Virus record (IMG/VR): IMGVR_UViG_3300029286_000011
Direction: 5' to 3' (one strand)
Length of the DNA: 64,000 nt
From: a virus
Lineage: Duplodnaviria; Caudoviricetes
In this document: positions 28,755 to 38,591 of the stretch, piece by piece
How the letters are laid out: each line of letters begins with the position of its first letter
Position numbering within the stretch: position 1 is the first letter of the stretch
Notes under the pieces: generated by a model
Told to the model about the DNA's origin: nothing
The model's database searches: none
The model's input: the letters and a program-made list of their open reading frames with translations, nothing else
Program-made: the position numbers and the translations under genes

Positions 28755-29448
28755 CTAGGATGCAACAAGCTTCCCGTCGATCCACAATTTGTTGGGTATC
28801 TGCGGGTGCGTATACCCTCTATCTTGTTGAATCCAGCCGGCAAATTTGCAGTCGAATCCGAGTGTGTTACATTCGTCCGGCATCAGCCTGTCACCCCAGT
28901 GTGTGAATACGTCGATATCTACCCCTAAGTGGTAAGGACCATCGCCATTCGGCATACCGTCCAAGCTACACGGATAGATAGGCACACGCTCGCACATGCA
29001 GGTTGGAATGATGTCGGTTATCAGTTTTCCAACAAACTGGATAGGCACCAAGTACAACAAGGCGTCGTGTATGCCTAGCACTATTTTGAAGTCCAGTTCG
29101 TCAGGCGAATACCGCTCACGCTCAAGCACTAGATGATCGACAGCTCGATTCAGCGCGTCGGCAATCATGCCCTGGATAGGGCAGTTCATGAACTCACGTT
29201 CGAAGTCCTTAATCAGTCGGTCGTCTTCCGTATAAGGCGTTCGTCTGAATCTGCCAAAGCAGCCGCAGATCCAACGGTCTTCTCGGGCCCTACGCCGGCA
29301 CTCTTCGAAGAAAGGTATCAAACCAGGGTACATCTCGAATATGGCGTCAATCACGCGCTGAGCCTCATCAACCGAGATGTTTACCTTCTCCTCCTTGGCC
29401 GCTAGGGCTATAGCCTTAGCCCCCCGACCGTATGCTACTCCAAAAATC
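28755..29448 (-). CDS. polA: Family A DNA polymerase, exon 2
   Basis: Begins (V)IFGVAYGRGAKAI (second half of motif B); contains GRFRR, NCPIQGMIAD and motif C LGIHDALL. Confidence 0.9.
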
Positions 29449-30385
29449 CGAATTGTTATCCTGCCGGCTCTTTATCCAGCAGTTCTGCACGTCTTATATG
29501 TAGCTTCGTGCAGTCCAGACTATCTTTTCTCATTGCTGAGTCGCGGCCTCGTGCTGGGGTTATATTCTGCAAAGCAGTTTCACCCAGTAGTCGTTGCCCC
29601 TGGTAAAGCCGTTACGCCTTACCTTCAGGTCGGATTGTCCGGCTATTACGGAGGTTCCCGATTTTTTCCGCGATTTTAAGGCGGCCATTAGGCCAAATAT
29701 TAAACAATGCAGCTTCGTATGCTTTCTTACTTCTGTGGCGCTTAGTGTGTATCGTTGCATGATGCTCACAGCATAGTGGCACAAGATTCTCGATGGAGTC
29801 GTTGTATACGTCTCCATCAATATGATGTACCTCCACCTCATCGAGCCCTTCGCAGATTGCACACTCACGAGGCCATAGTTTATAGCAAGTACGGCGATAG
29901 TCTCCTCGGTAACGACGGCTTAATCCACCCTTCCACTGGTGATTGTCCTCGCCATACTGATTGCCACCGCTTCCGGTGCCGGGATTTTTGATTTTCCCGA
30001 TCTTAACTTGCCGTTCGTACAGGTACACAGCCCTATGCCTTTCCCCACAGAATTTACAGTACCTTACACGGCCACGACCTCGATACACGAAAGACATATC
30101 GCAAAGCTGACAAACAGCAGTTCGTGTTGGTTTACTTGCAGTCAAGCCGCAAGAGATTGAACAGTACTTCTGACTAAACGTCGTAGGTTTGTAATCTACG
30201 CCGCAAGCCGGGCACTGTCGTATAGTCCAGGTTGAACGCTGATGTCGACTTTTGCATATAGCGCTACAAAACTTCGCCCAAGGTCTATTGGGCGAGAATA
30301 ACGTGCCGCACACAATGCATTGTTTTTGCATACACTAGTCCTCTGAGTATTAGTCCTAGTGTGGCTATATTTGGTGTGAATCACA
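29449..30385 (-). mobile_element. Group I intron (937 nt) in the DNA polymerase gene
   Basis: Removal restores RILAKAVIFGVAYG. 5' exon ends in U and intron ends in G. P1 (GGUUGUG/UAUAGCC) has U.G at the splice site; P10 pairs with the 3' exon; P/Q-like AAAUCGGGAAC..AAUCCGACCUGAAG; P7 GACU/AGUC with an S-like AAGAUAGUCUGGAC. A junction shifted by 1 nt gives the same protein. Confidence 0.88.
29612..30331 (-). CDS. Intron-encoded HNH homing endonuclease with N-terminal zinc-finger repeats
   Basis: CAIC..EVHHIDGD..ND..ENLVPLC..HH..IH; three CxxC...C modules at the N-terminus. Confidence 0.9.
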   Translation of the reverse strand: MQKQCIVCGTLFSPNRPWAKFCSAICKSRHQRSTWTIRQCPACGVDYKPTTFSQKYCSISCGLTASKPTRTAVCQLCDMSFVYRGRGRVRYCKFCGERHRAVYLYERQVKIGKIKNPGTGSGGNQYGEDNHQWKGGLSRRYRGDYRRTCYKLWPRECAICEGLDEVEVHHIDGDVYNDSIENLVPLCCEHHATIHTKRHRSKKAYEAALFNIWPNGRLKIAEKIGNLRNSRTIRPEGKA

Positions 30386-33015
30386 ACCGCCTTCGCCAAA
30401 ATTCGCATGTGAGACATGTTGATGGACTTGAGTCCACCCTTGGTAGGCTCACATGTGTAGCCGAAGGCGAGACAGGCGATATTGCTATGTATGTCGTAGT
30501 AGTTCTCATGCCACTCAGGCAGCTGATTACGCTTAGCATGTTCGATCATCTTGGCATCGCCGCTCATAACAGCCATGCCAAACAACTCTGCACCAACGTA
30601 GTCAGCCTCTACCAGCACATAGCCTGGGGGTGCCATGATCATTGATCGCAATGACCATCGATACAGCTCCGCAAGGATTCGCTTGTAATCTACCTCACGC
30701 CGCTTCGTCCAGTTCTGACACGGCGGTCTGGCAGAAGACCAACGACCTGTTTCCTTAGTCGGATAGATGTGCGTACGTATTCTTCCGTCGTCACAGATAA
30801 AGGACGGCAAGCCAGCTGTGTATATCAGCTCGCCATAGTCGTCACGCAGGTATTCACCAGACGGATCATCTTCGTCAACACAAGGTGGCTTGAGCATCAT
30901 GCGAAGCACCTGCGAGATGAAACGGTAGTCTCGCAGCAGCATCACAGGGTTACTAAGGTCTCGTATTACTGTAGTTCCGTCTGGATTCTTGCACTCTACT
31001 ATCTGGGCTTCCTGTGCCAGTAGCGACAGGGCCATCTTGTCAGTGCTTGGTGCCTTCTGATCGGCTATACCCTTTCTGACAACCTCCTCCCAGCGCATTG
31101 GAGGCTTGTCTGTGCTGAGCAAAGGCTGAAGCTGTAGTGATACGGCCCCTTCAGGACGTAGTCTGATGTGTGGCTCGAAAATAGACTTTCTCTTGCCGTT
31201 GTACTGTTCGCCAAACAGAAACTCACGTACCTGGAACACAGAGTTGAGATTGAAGTCTGGCCACTTAGCCAACGATCTTAACTCTTTGACCAGCTTTTCC
31301 TGGGCTGTGAGATAGTTCTCTGTGAGTGACTCCAGACGATCCCTGTCTAGCAGCAGTCCAGTTGTGTTGATTTCAAATATGGCAGGAACGGCCCGCATCG
31401 TCATCCAGAAAGCTTCCCAACAATTGTTGCCAAACTCATCACATGACAACAATGGCTGTAGCTTCAGCGTGATACGGCGAACCACATCGGCGTCGTAGTT
31501 TGCATAAGGGTACAGAATCTCGCCAGGGCAAGGGCCATAGCCTTCTAGATCCTGAGCCTTCATCTTGTTGATACGACAGTAGTCCCTTCGCCACTGGTCA
31601 AGAATCAGGTCATACCTGGGTGCCGTAGTGAATCGCAACGTCAATGCAATCAGGTCTAGGTCTGCTGTCTCCTGAATGGCATGCATGGCGTAGCCCATGT
31701 CAAAGCCGCCGGTAGGACAGCTAGACATGGCATTAGTCATAGTCTCCTGCCAAGTGTCAGCCACACGGAAGTTAGGCCTTATGTCTATGCCCTCGGGCAC
31801 AAGCCACTCAAGATCTGCTACCAGAAACTGACCGCATATTCGACGGCCCTTCATGATACGCATCAACAGCGCAACAACTTCGTCGTGCTCAGCGCCCTTG
31901 AAACACCAAGCACCTTGCATATCTCTGAATACAATGCACGCCGCTGACTTGTGTCGCCACGATATCTGGAATGTTCGTAGATACGCGCCCTTGTTCTGTG
32001 GGTGCGTACCATGCCATTCAGCGTCCACGCCCAGCAAGTTGTCATCGCATTCGACGGCAATTTCTTCAGCAAGCTCTCGAAGCGTATCAATGTCGTCTAC
32101 AACCCTGTGGTCAACATCGGACTCGCTACGATCCCAACGAACGCCCTGCACAAGCTGGCCAAAACGCGCGACTGCAAAATCCAGCTTGTCTCGCTGTGCT
32201 GGTTCAGCCAGTACCGCTGCTGGATGTGTGCATGTCATGACAAGTGCCGAATGCTCGGTTAGACTTCCGTCCTCCTCTCGCACGGAGTACTTGTAATCGA
32301 CTACGCGGCCTTCCATGTAGGAAACAGTAGCCTGCTTGCCTAGCAGAGCCTTGCTAGCATCAGCGCCCATACACATGATGTACTTGGGCTGGACTATTCT
32401 GATCTCCTGCTGCAACACAGGTAACCAAGCATCCATCCAACACTTCTTCAGCTGCGACTTGTTGCCTATTGGATGTTCTGTCTTTATCAGATTAGTCACA
32501 TACCATCGGCCACACTTTATGCCGAGCTTACGACAGGTATCACGCAGCAAGATGCCAGATGGTCCTACCAGGTTCTGACCGTCTGTACGCTCCTCTATGC
32601 CTAGATGCTTGCCTATAACCATCACGTCTGAACGCTTGGGCCCAATCTCTTCGTCTACCCATATGTGACCTCCAACAATGGGTAATACAGTTTTGACACC
32701 GCCGGCCCCTGTGAATGGCAAGCTATACGAAGCGGAGCTGGTGAGGATTCGACAATAGACCTGTTGCAGCTTGTTAAGTACGTGGTCTTTGTACTCACCT
32801 ATCTCGTCTGCCTCAGTGTTGAAGTCTAGCATCTTCTGCTTTGACTTCTTCTTAGGCTTCTTCTTGCCTGTGACCGGTGAGATTACAGGCGTAGGTTCAC
32901 CAACCTCAGCAATCACGTACTCCAGCAAGTCACCGCCAGGCGGCGGTATACCTGGTGTATCGAAAGGCTGAAGCTTGAACTTGATACGTAGCGCCTCTGA
33001 TGCAATATCAGCCAT
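30386..33015 (-). CDS. polA: Family A DNA polymerase, exon 1 (UDG-like + 3'-5' exonuclease + polymerase)
   Basis: UDG family 4-like VMVIGKHLG..VGPSG and HPAAVL; ExoI GVDAEW; ExoIII YANYDAD; TGRWSS; motif A EADYVGAEL. Spliced product about 1107 aa. Confidence 0.92.
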
Positions 33016-34143
33016 CTATTTGTGCCTTCTAAAGTCCACGGCTATGCCATGCTTCTTGGCCTCCGCTCGTATGTACGCAAACGTGAATTCGCTAGCCAAC
33101 GAACCTGGGTCTGTACCTGCCGGCAAATACACAGGCAATACAGGCAGGCCGCAGTTTTTGAGATCCCTGTAAGCCTTAGAGATGTGATGCAGGTCACCAC
33201 GCTCACGCGCCTTGGCGTCCTGATCTGGATCAAGCAACAAGACTATGGTGGCATTGTCGCCATAGCGCTTACGAATACTGGATACCAGTAAACGTCGCTG
33301 GTAGGGGCTTATGGTCTTTCCAATGACGCCCACGCCGCGACCTAGTATGCCCCAGGTATCGGCCATGCCCTCGACAACACAGACAGTTCGGCACTGCAAT
33401 GCGCGATCAAGGTTGTACAGCAGATAACGCCGCTTCATTGTTGGGCAGGACCAATACTTCAGTATGCCAAGCTCTTTGAGACTCTTGCCCGCAACCTGAT
33501 CCGCCGGATAACGAGCCTGCCATCCAACCAGAGCACCATCCATGTAGATTGGAATAATGATCCTGTTGCGTGCAAGCCTCCAGCGGCTGTCGCAGCACCA
33601 GCTAACGTCATAGACACGAGACAGCTTTGCTGGGTCATAGCCGCGACTCTGCAGGTATGTGACAGCCTCATGCCCAGGCTGCCTAGCGGCCAATTCCTCC
33701 AGGCTTACCAGAAGCCCTGGCGGTTCAACCACAACAGGCCCGTCCTGGCTGTCGTCAGCGACAACAGATCTTAGACGACTCCTAGGCCGACCAAACGAAT
33801 AGGCAGCATTACAAAGCTGCTCTCGTCGATCAGGATCACTGAGACAGCGTTCGTTGTAACACTGGGCCAGGAATAGATTGCGACTATTAGTCTCAGGATC
33901 CCATACACCCCAGCGGTGATTGATCGTGAGACGCATACGCGTGTCGCCACAGAACGGGCAGTTGATGTGATACTCTTCGCCAGATTCAACGATCTTTCGT
34001 TTCCACTGGTACTTCGAGTTTCGACTCAGCAGGTCTCTGACCAGCTTCCAACGTATTGGCTGGCCTTCAGCGCTAACATCAACACGGCCGTATACGCGCT
34101 TCAAGCCTGCGTATAGTTCGGCATTGATGGCTTTACTTTTCAT
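33016..34143 (-). CDS. DNA primase (zinc finger + TOPRIM)
   Basis: INCPFCGD zinc motif; GWQAR; VVEGMADTW; LLDPDQD. Confidence 0.88.
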   Translation of the reverse strand: MKSKAINAELYAGLKRVYGRVDVSAEGQPIRWKLVRDLLSRNSKYQWKRKIVESGEEYHINCPFCGDTRMRLTINHRWGVWDPETNSRNLFLAQCYNERCLSDPDRREQLCNAAYSFGRPRSRLRSVVADDSQDGPVVVEPPGLLVSLEELAARQPGHEAVTYLQSRGYDPAKLSRVYDVSWCCDSRWRLARNRIIIPIYMDGALVGWQARYPADQVAGKSLKELGILKYWSCPTMKRRYLLYNLDRALQCRTVCVVEGMADTWGILGRGVGVIGKTISPYQRRLLVSSIRKRYGDNATIVLLLDPDQDAKARERGDLHHISKAYRDLKNCGLPVLPVYLPAGTDPGSLASEFTFAYIRAEAKKHGIAVDFRRHK

Positions 34144-34146
34144 TGG

Positions 34147-35796
34147 CTACTCTGCCTTTCTTAGCTCCCGACCCTGCCTACGAATGCTAGCAGCCTGCGT
34201 AGGATAACTGTTAGTGGCGTACGCATCTTCGGCTGTGGGTCGTAATCTGCGTTGATCTTTCTGCAGTATGATTTTCTTGGTTACCTCATCTACGGCATAC
34301 TGACCGCCAGTGCCAACGACACGACCAACGTGACCTTCAACACGTAGTATCACATTTGACATAGGTGGCGCTCGTCGCGCCTTATCGCAATGTAATATGC
34401 ATAGGCCCTCCAAAGTCGGCTTGCCGACTGTGAATACAAACGTGGCATTCTCGGCAAACGACTTGTTCTCGGAGGCGTCAGTCATCTTGGCAGGGTTGAT
34501 GGGTGAGTTAGCATTCGCTGCACCACTCAACTGCTGATTGATCCATATCGGCGCCCTAAAAGCCACGGCTAGTTCATCCTTGGCTGCCAACACAAATGCA
34601 CCAAGCTGATGTCGTAGATGCTTTTCCATGTCCATATTTCTACGGCCCATGTATCTACGAACCATTGCCTTTGCATAGTCCAGGCCAATCATAGCCACAT
34701 AAGGGTTATAGCCCTTCGCGGCTAAGGCTTCCTGATCCGCCTTTATGATCTCGTACACCTCGGGTATGCCGCCGCTGCCCCGTGAGGGATGCAACGGATC
34801 TTGACCCGACATGTCGATGAGTCTGCAGTTTATGTTCATCCTCTTCTTTGCGGATTTGTAGCGCTCATACTCGCCGGGTGCATTCTCCATGTTGGCGAAT
34901 ATTCGACGCTCGTAGTCCTTCAGATGACCACGCCTAGACAGCTTGGCCTCATCAAAGTGCTCCAGCTCTTGCCTGTGGATAAGAGCGCCACAAGATAGTG
35001 CACGAACACGCAGCTGCTCGACGCCGTCTTCGTAGTTGAACATATAGGCGACACCGAGCTTGTCTGTGTCCTTGTGCCTGTAGGCTGACAGTGTAGCAGA
35101 AGCCACCGACTGAACTAGCTGCAGCATCAGCGTGGTCTTACAACTTCCAAACGGACCCATCAACACATAGGACTCACCTACGCAATGGCCGCCATTCATG
35201 AACACATCTAGAAACGACAACGTCGTCGACACGATATGCATGTTTGTTTCCTTAAGCGTCCATTCCGCTGGAAACAAATCTTCGACTTCGTTGCAGCCTA
35301 AAGCGTCGAGTGTCCCTGCCGTGTCACGCAGGTTCGACAACAAACGAAACAGGTCTTTAGGTACGTGCTCACCGGCACTAAAGGCATCACGAGCTTCAGC
35401 AGCTAGACGATCCTCTAGAAAAATCTTCAAGTAGTGCAATGCTACTCGGTCGGACAGATCTTCTTTATTGATCGTGTATGACACACGAACCATAGAGTCA
35501 AGCTGCTCCATCTCCTCATCGCTCAAGTCATCAGATTCGCCTACGCGCTTAATAAGCTCGGCTAGCAAGGTCTTTTCACTTGGCAGATCCTCTATAGCCT
35601 CGAAGATATCCAGCACAGTAGCCCAGAAGATGGCATAGACCTTATCATCTTCTTCAAAGTGCTGTGGCTGTAGTTTGTCCCTGGCGGACATGAATGCTGA
35701 TCTACTGCGTACCAGCGTGGCAAGCATCAACAGCTTCTGCTGTTGCCCAAGTTGTGATCTTCGCTCTACGACGCTGGGCATTTGTTCTCGTGGCAT
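34147..35796 (-). CDS. Replicative DnaB-like helicase
   Basis: GPFGSCKTT Walker A, IGLDY Walker B, WINQQLS, ENATFVF; adjacent to the primase. Confidence 0.8.
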   Translation of the reverse strand: MPREQMPSVVERRSQLGQQQKLLMLATLVRSRSAFMSARDKLQPQHFEEDDKVYAIFWATVLDIFEAIEDLPSEKTLLAELIKRVGESDDLSDEEMEQLDSMVRVSYTINKEDLSDRVALHYLKIFLEDRLAAEARDAFSAGEHVPKDLFRLLSNLRDTAGTLDALGCNEVEDLFPAEWTLKETNMHIVSTTLSFLDVFMNGGHCVGESYVLMGPFGSCKTTLMLQLVQSVASATLSAYRHKDTDKLGVAYMFNYEDGVEQLRVRALSCGALIHRQELEHFDEAKLSRRGHLKDYERRIFANMENAPGEYERYKSAKKRMNINCRLIDMSGQDPLHPSRGSGGIPEVYEIIKADQEALAAKGYNPYVAMIGLDYAKAMVRRYMGRRNMDMEKHLRHQLGAFVLAAKDELAVAFRAPIWINQQLSGAANANSPINPAKMTDASENKSFAENATFVFTVGKPTLEGLCILHCDKARRAPPMSNVILRVEGHVGRVVGTGGQYAVDEVTKKIILQKDQRRLRPTAEDAYATNSYPTQAASIRRQGRELRKAE

Positions 35797-36545
35797 CAGT
35801 CGTACTCCTCTTGCCCAGACAGTATTTTATCGGCTAGCTTGTGCAACCTGACCGGTATCCAATCGGCCCATATCTCGTCGTATAGCGATCTGTCCATCAC
35901 GTACTGTTGCAAGGCGTCTACGACAAGGGCAGCCTCTATATCGGCTATCTTCTCACTGACGGCAACACAGTAACGAAACAGATAAGACAGGCACAGACCT
36001 TTGTCGACAAGAATGAGCTTCTGTGCCTCGCTGACGCTATAGTCCCCGCAATCCATTATCTTGTCTGACTCTGCACGCAAAAGCAGCTTTTGCGCTCTGA
36101 ACTCGTCCCTTATCCACATCTTGTAGCCGTCATGATCGGCAGCCGAATGATAGTGCAACAGCTTCTTGCCCTTGAACATATTCGGCTCGGGCGCACGATC
36201 GGCTGTCCAATTCATAAACACCGCATTTATCCACACCTCAGGAACAATGCGGTTGTCTAAACAGACTGCTGCCAGGGAAGGCCAGATTGGTTTGTAGTAA
36301 TATTCGCGCTTGTTGTAGCCGCCGTCCCACTGCGGGCCAGGACGATACGAATATCCAACTCTGTTCTGCCTGCTTTGTTCGAACGCATTTCTAGAGCGAA
36401 TGTACGCTGCTCTAAATCTACGGGCCAGCCCTTCCAACAGGCTGTGCCGAGTACACCTTATTTTTTTAGCCATCGGCACTCCTGTGACTAGAACATCATT
36501 GACTGATGATATCTGGACTTGCTGTTTGGTAAGATCTGCGTCCAA
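35796..36545 (-). CDS. Hypothetical replication-cluster protein
   Basis: Sits between two helicases; likely start MAKKIR. Confidence 0.55.
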   Translation of the reverse strand: MDADLTKQQVQISSVNDVLVTGVPMAKKIRCTRHSLLEGLARRFRAAYIRSRNAFEQSRQNRVGYSYRPGPQWDGGYNKREYYYKPIWPSLAAVCLDNRIVPEVWINAVFMNWTADRAPEPNMFKGKKLLHYHSAADHDGYKMWIRDEFRAQKLLLRAESDKIMDCGDYSVSEAQKLILVDKGLCLSYLFRYCVAVSEKIADIEAALVVDALQQYVMDRSLYDEIWADWIPVRLHKLADKILSGQEEYD

Positions 36546-37981
36546 CCAAAAGACTTGTAGTGTCTCCTTCGCATTTCTGCCTTACGCTTGAACGTTTCGT
36601 CAAACTGATCCATAAGGTCTACAACGCAGCCAAATGGCTTGTCAGCGCAGTCGCCAATACGAGCCACACGACCAGGTATCTGTGTGTCGGCTGTTTTCGT
36701 ACTCTTGGCATCTGCACGCACCAGTATCGGAAGATTGCGAAAGTCTACGCCACGATTCCATACGCTCGTAGCTATGACCTTCAACAATTTTCCATCAGAG
36801 AACTGTTGCTTGAGCAAAGCTCTACGCTGCCGTGTCATCTCAGGTTCACTGGTTGTGATGCAGCCCTTACGTATCCATTTACGACGAGTCACATAGTCTT
36901 TCTCGGCATAGCACAGTGTGTACTCTGGCATCAGCTTCTTGAGATGCATTGCATGATCCAGCGTAGCTACTGTCACAAGCACTTGCTCAGAAGGTGGCAA
37001 CGCCTGCAGGTAATTGGCGATGATTTCATTTCTAGTGTTGTTACGCCATATACCGTGCCGCTCACGCACAACAGAAGCTGAATAGCCGCCACACGGATTC
37101 TCGTCCATGATGACTGGAAGCCACGTGACTCTTATCGGCACAACACAGCCGTGCTCGACAGCCTCCTGATAGCTGATGTCAACCAGCGTAGGGCCGAATA
37201 GACCCTCTAACTCAAAGTCAGCCTTGTCTTGTCTGTCGTCCAGGTTGGCACTAAGGCCAAAGCGCCTAGCTCGACGATATTCGGCAATTCGTTCAATGTA
37301 GTCGTCAGTACCGGCCTCATGCACTTCGTCGAATATCAATACGTCACAAGTCTTGGCCCTGCCCTTGTGCATTGACTTACCAGACAGCACCAGAACACGT
37401 GAATCTACATCACGCTTCTTAGCGCCTGTGACAAGACCTACGCTAGGTAGCTTGGCACGAAGATGCTGATAGATTTGCTCTGTGACTTCGACGGACGGTG
37501 TCACTATGTCGATAGTGGCCTTGCGCCACATCTCACAGGAAGACTCTATAAGCGCTGTCTTGCCGTAGCCTGTAGGGCATCGGAAACGACCACAAGTGGC
37601 CGCAGACATTGCCTCAAGGATTTCCTTCTGGCGGTATCTGAACTCTTTGATAGATACCTTATTCCACTGAGGCACAAACAGCTTGTCAGATGGTAGGCCT
37701 TCGCTATGTAGCTGAAAGCCAATGCTGTTGTGTTTTAACGCTTCAGCTAGGCGGGATAGATGCCCAGCCATGATCGCTACACGAGGCGGCAATATGCCAT
37801 CAGAATCCTCTATGTAGTCAAAGCAGTCGACAAGGCGCGACTTAAACTTGCCGCCTCTACGCCCCTTGGCATATACGAATTCAATGCGCTTGTAAGAAAG
37901 GACATCCTCTAGAATTCGCAGCAATGCTGGCGAGGGGTCTTCTATTTCGACAGTATTACCTACACGATAGATATCAAGCAT
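36488..37981 (-). CDS. SF2 (UvsW-like) helicase
   Basis: PTGYGKT, IFDEVHE, GLSAN, VIATSVWNRGVDF, QIPGRVAR. Confidence 0.9.
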   Translation of the reverse strand: MLDIYRVGNTVEIEDPSPALLRILEDVLSYKRIEFVYAKGRRGGKFKSRLVDCFDYIEDSDGILPPRVAIMAGHLSRLAEALKHNSIGFQLHSEGLPSDKLFVPQWNKVSIKEFRYRQKEILEAMSAATCGRFRCPTGYGKTALIESSCEMWRKATIDIVTPSVEVTEQIYQHLRAKLPSVGLVTGAKKRDVDSRVLVLSGKSMHKGRAKTCDVLIFDEVHEAGTDDYIERIAEYRRARRFGLSANLDDRQDKADFELEGLFGPTLVDISYQEAVEHGCVVPIRVTWLPVIMDENPCGGYSASVVRERHGIWRNNTRNEIIANYLQALPPSEQVLVTVATLDHAMHLKKLMPEYTLCYAEKDYVTRRKWIRKGCITTSEPEMTRQRRALLKQQFSDGKLLKVIATSVWNRGVDFRNLPILVRADAKSTKTADTQIPGRVARIGDCADKPFGCVVDLMDQFDETFKRKAEMRRRHYKSFGWTQILPNSKSRYHQSMMF

Positions 37982-38006
37982 TTGCCACTCCTGCTATTGC
38001 AAAAGC

Positions 38007-38087
38007 GGCAAGGCCACATAAAATAACAAGCGTTAACAACTTGTGGCCTTGCCACTGAGCCGGCAGATCATGACCTCTGCCGGCTCA
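38007..38087. other. Two adjacent 12-bp stem-loops in an intergenic region
   Basis: GGCAAGGCCACA/TGTGGCCTTGCC (38007-38053) and TGAGCCGGCAGA/TCTGCCGGCTCA (38056-38087). Confidence 0.7.
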
Positions 38088-38093
38088 TCTTAT

Positions 38094-38564
38094 TTACACA
38101 CCGTGCAACGACTGCACAGAGTCTACGTCAAAGAAGCCAAACTCGTTAGGTCTGTGCGGAGATATGCCAAAATACCGTCCTGCAATGACCAGTATTTTGC
38201 TGAAATCCTCGACAGATAGTCCATCAGGTATAACGAACTGCACCACTACTGCATCACCTGGCAGAAAGGCTTCGTGTCGACTGAACCTGTCTCGCTTGTA
38301 ATACCTGTGATACGGCTCAGCCCTTGGCTGACCCTCGACCTCCAGCCGCACACGCACAGATCTGATGAGACTCTGGTGGTGACAGAAGATGCTAGCCGCC
38401 TTAGTCAAGATAGCCTGCCACCACGTGGGCAGAAACACTACACGGCCTGTGCCATTCTTGGGCAGCTCAAATACAACCTGTCGGTTGCCTTTGTAGATGC
38501 GATGGCGCTTGATAGCGCCTAGGCACGGTGACGTGAAACGTAAGTTGGCGCACACCTCTCGCAT
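38094..38564 (-). CDS. Stand-alone RAMP/Cas7-like protein (putative)
   Basis: N-terminal LRFTSPCLG strand, GRVVFLPTWWQAIL, HEAFLPGD strand and C-terminal glycine loop AGRYFGISP..EFGFFDV. Confidence 0.5.
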   Translation of the reverse strand: MREVCANLRFTSPCLGAIKRHRIYKGNRQVVFELPKNGTGRVVFLPTWWQAILTKAASIFCHHQSLIRSVRVRLEVEGQPRAEPYHRYYKRDRFSRHEAFLPGDAVVVQFVIPDGLSVEDFSKILVIAGRYFGISPHRPNEFGFFDVDSVQSLHGV

Positions 38565-38591
38565 GACAGCCTCTCTAACGGGTACGCTATA

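Noticed and set aside
30196-30385. ORF-track C-terminus of the 939-aa polymerase ORF
   Set aside because: The last ~60 codons are read-through into the intron, not polymerase sequence.
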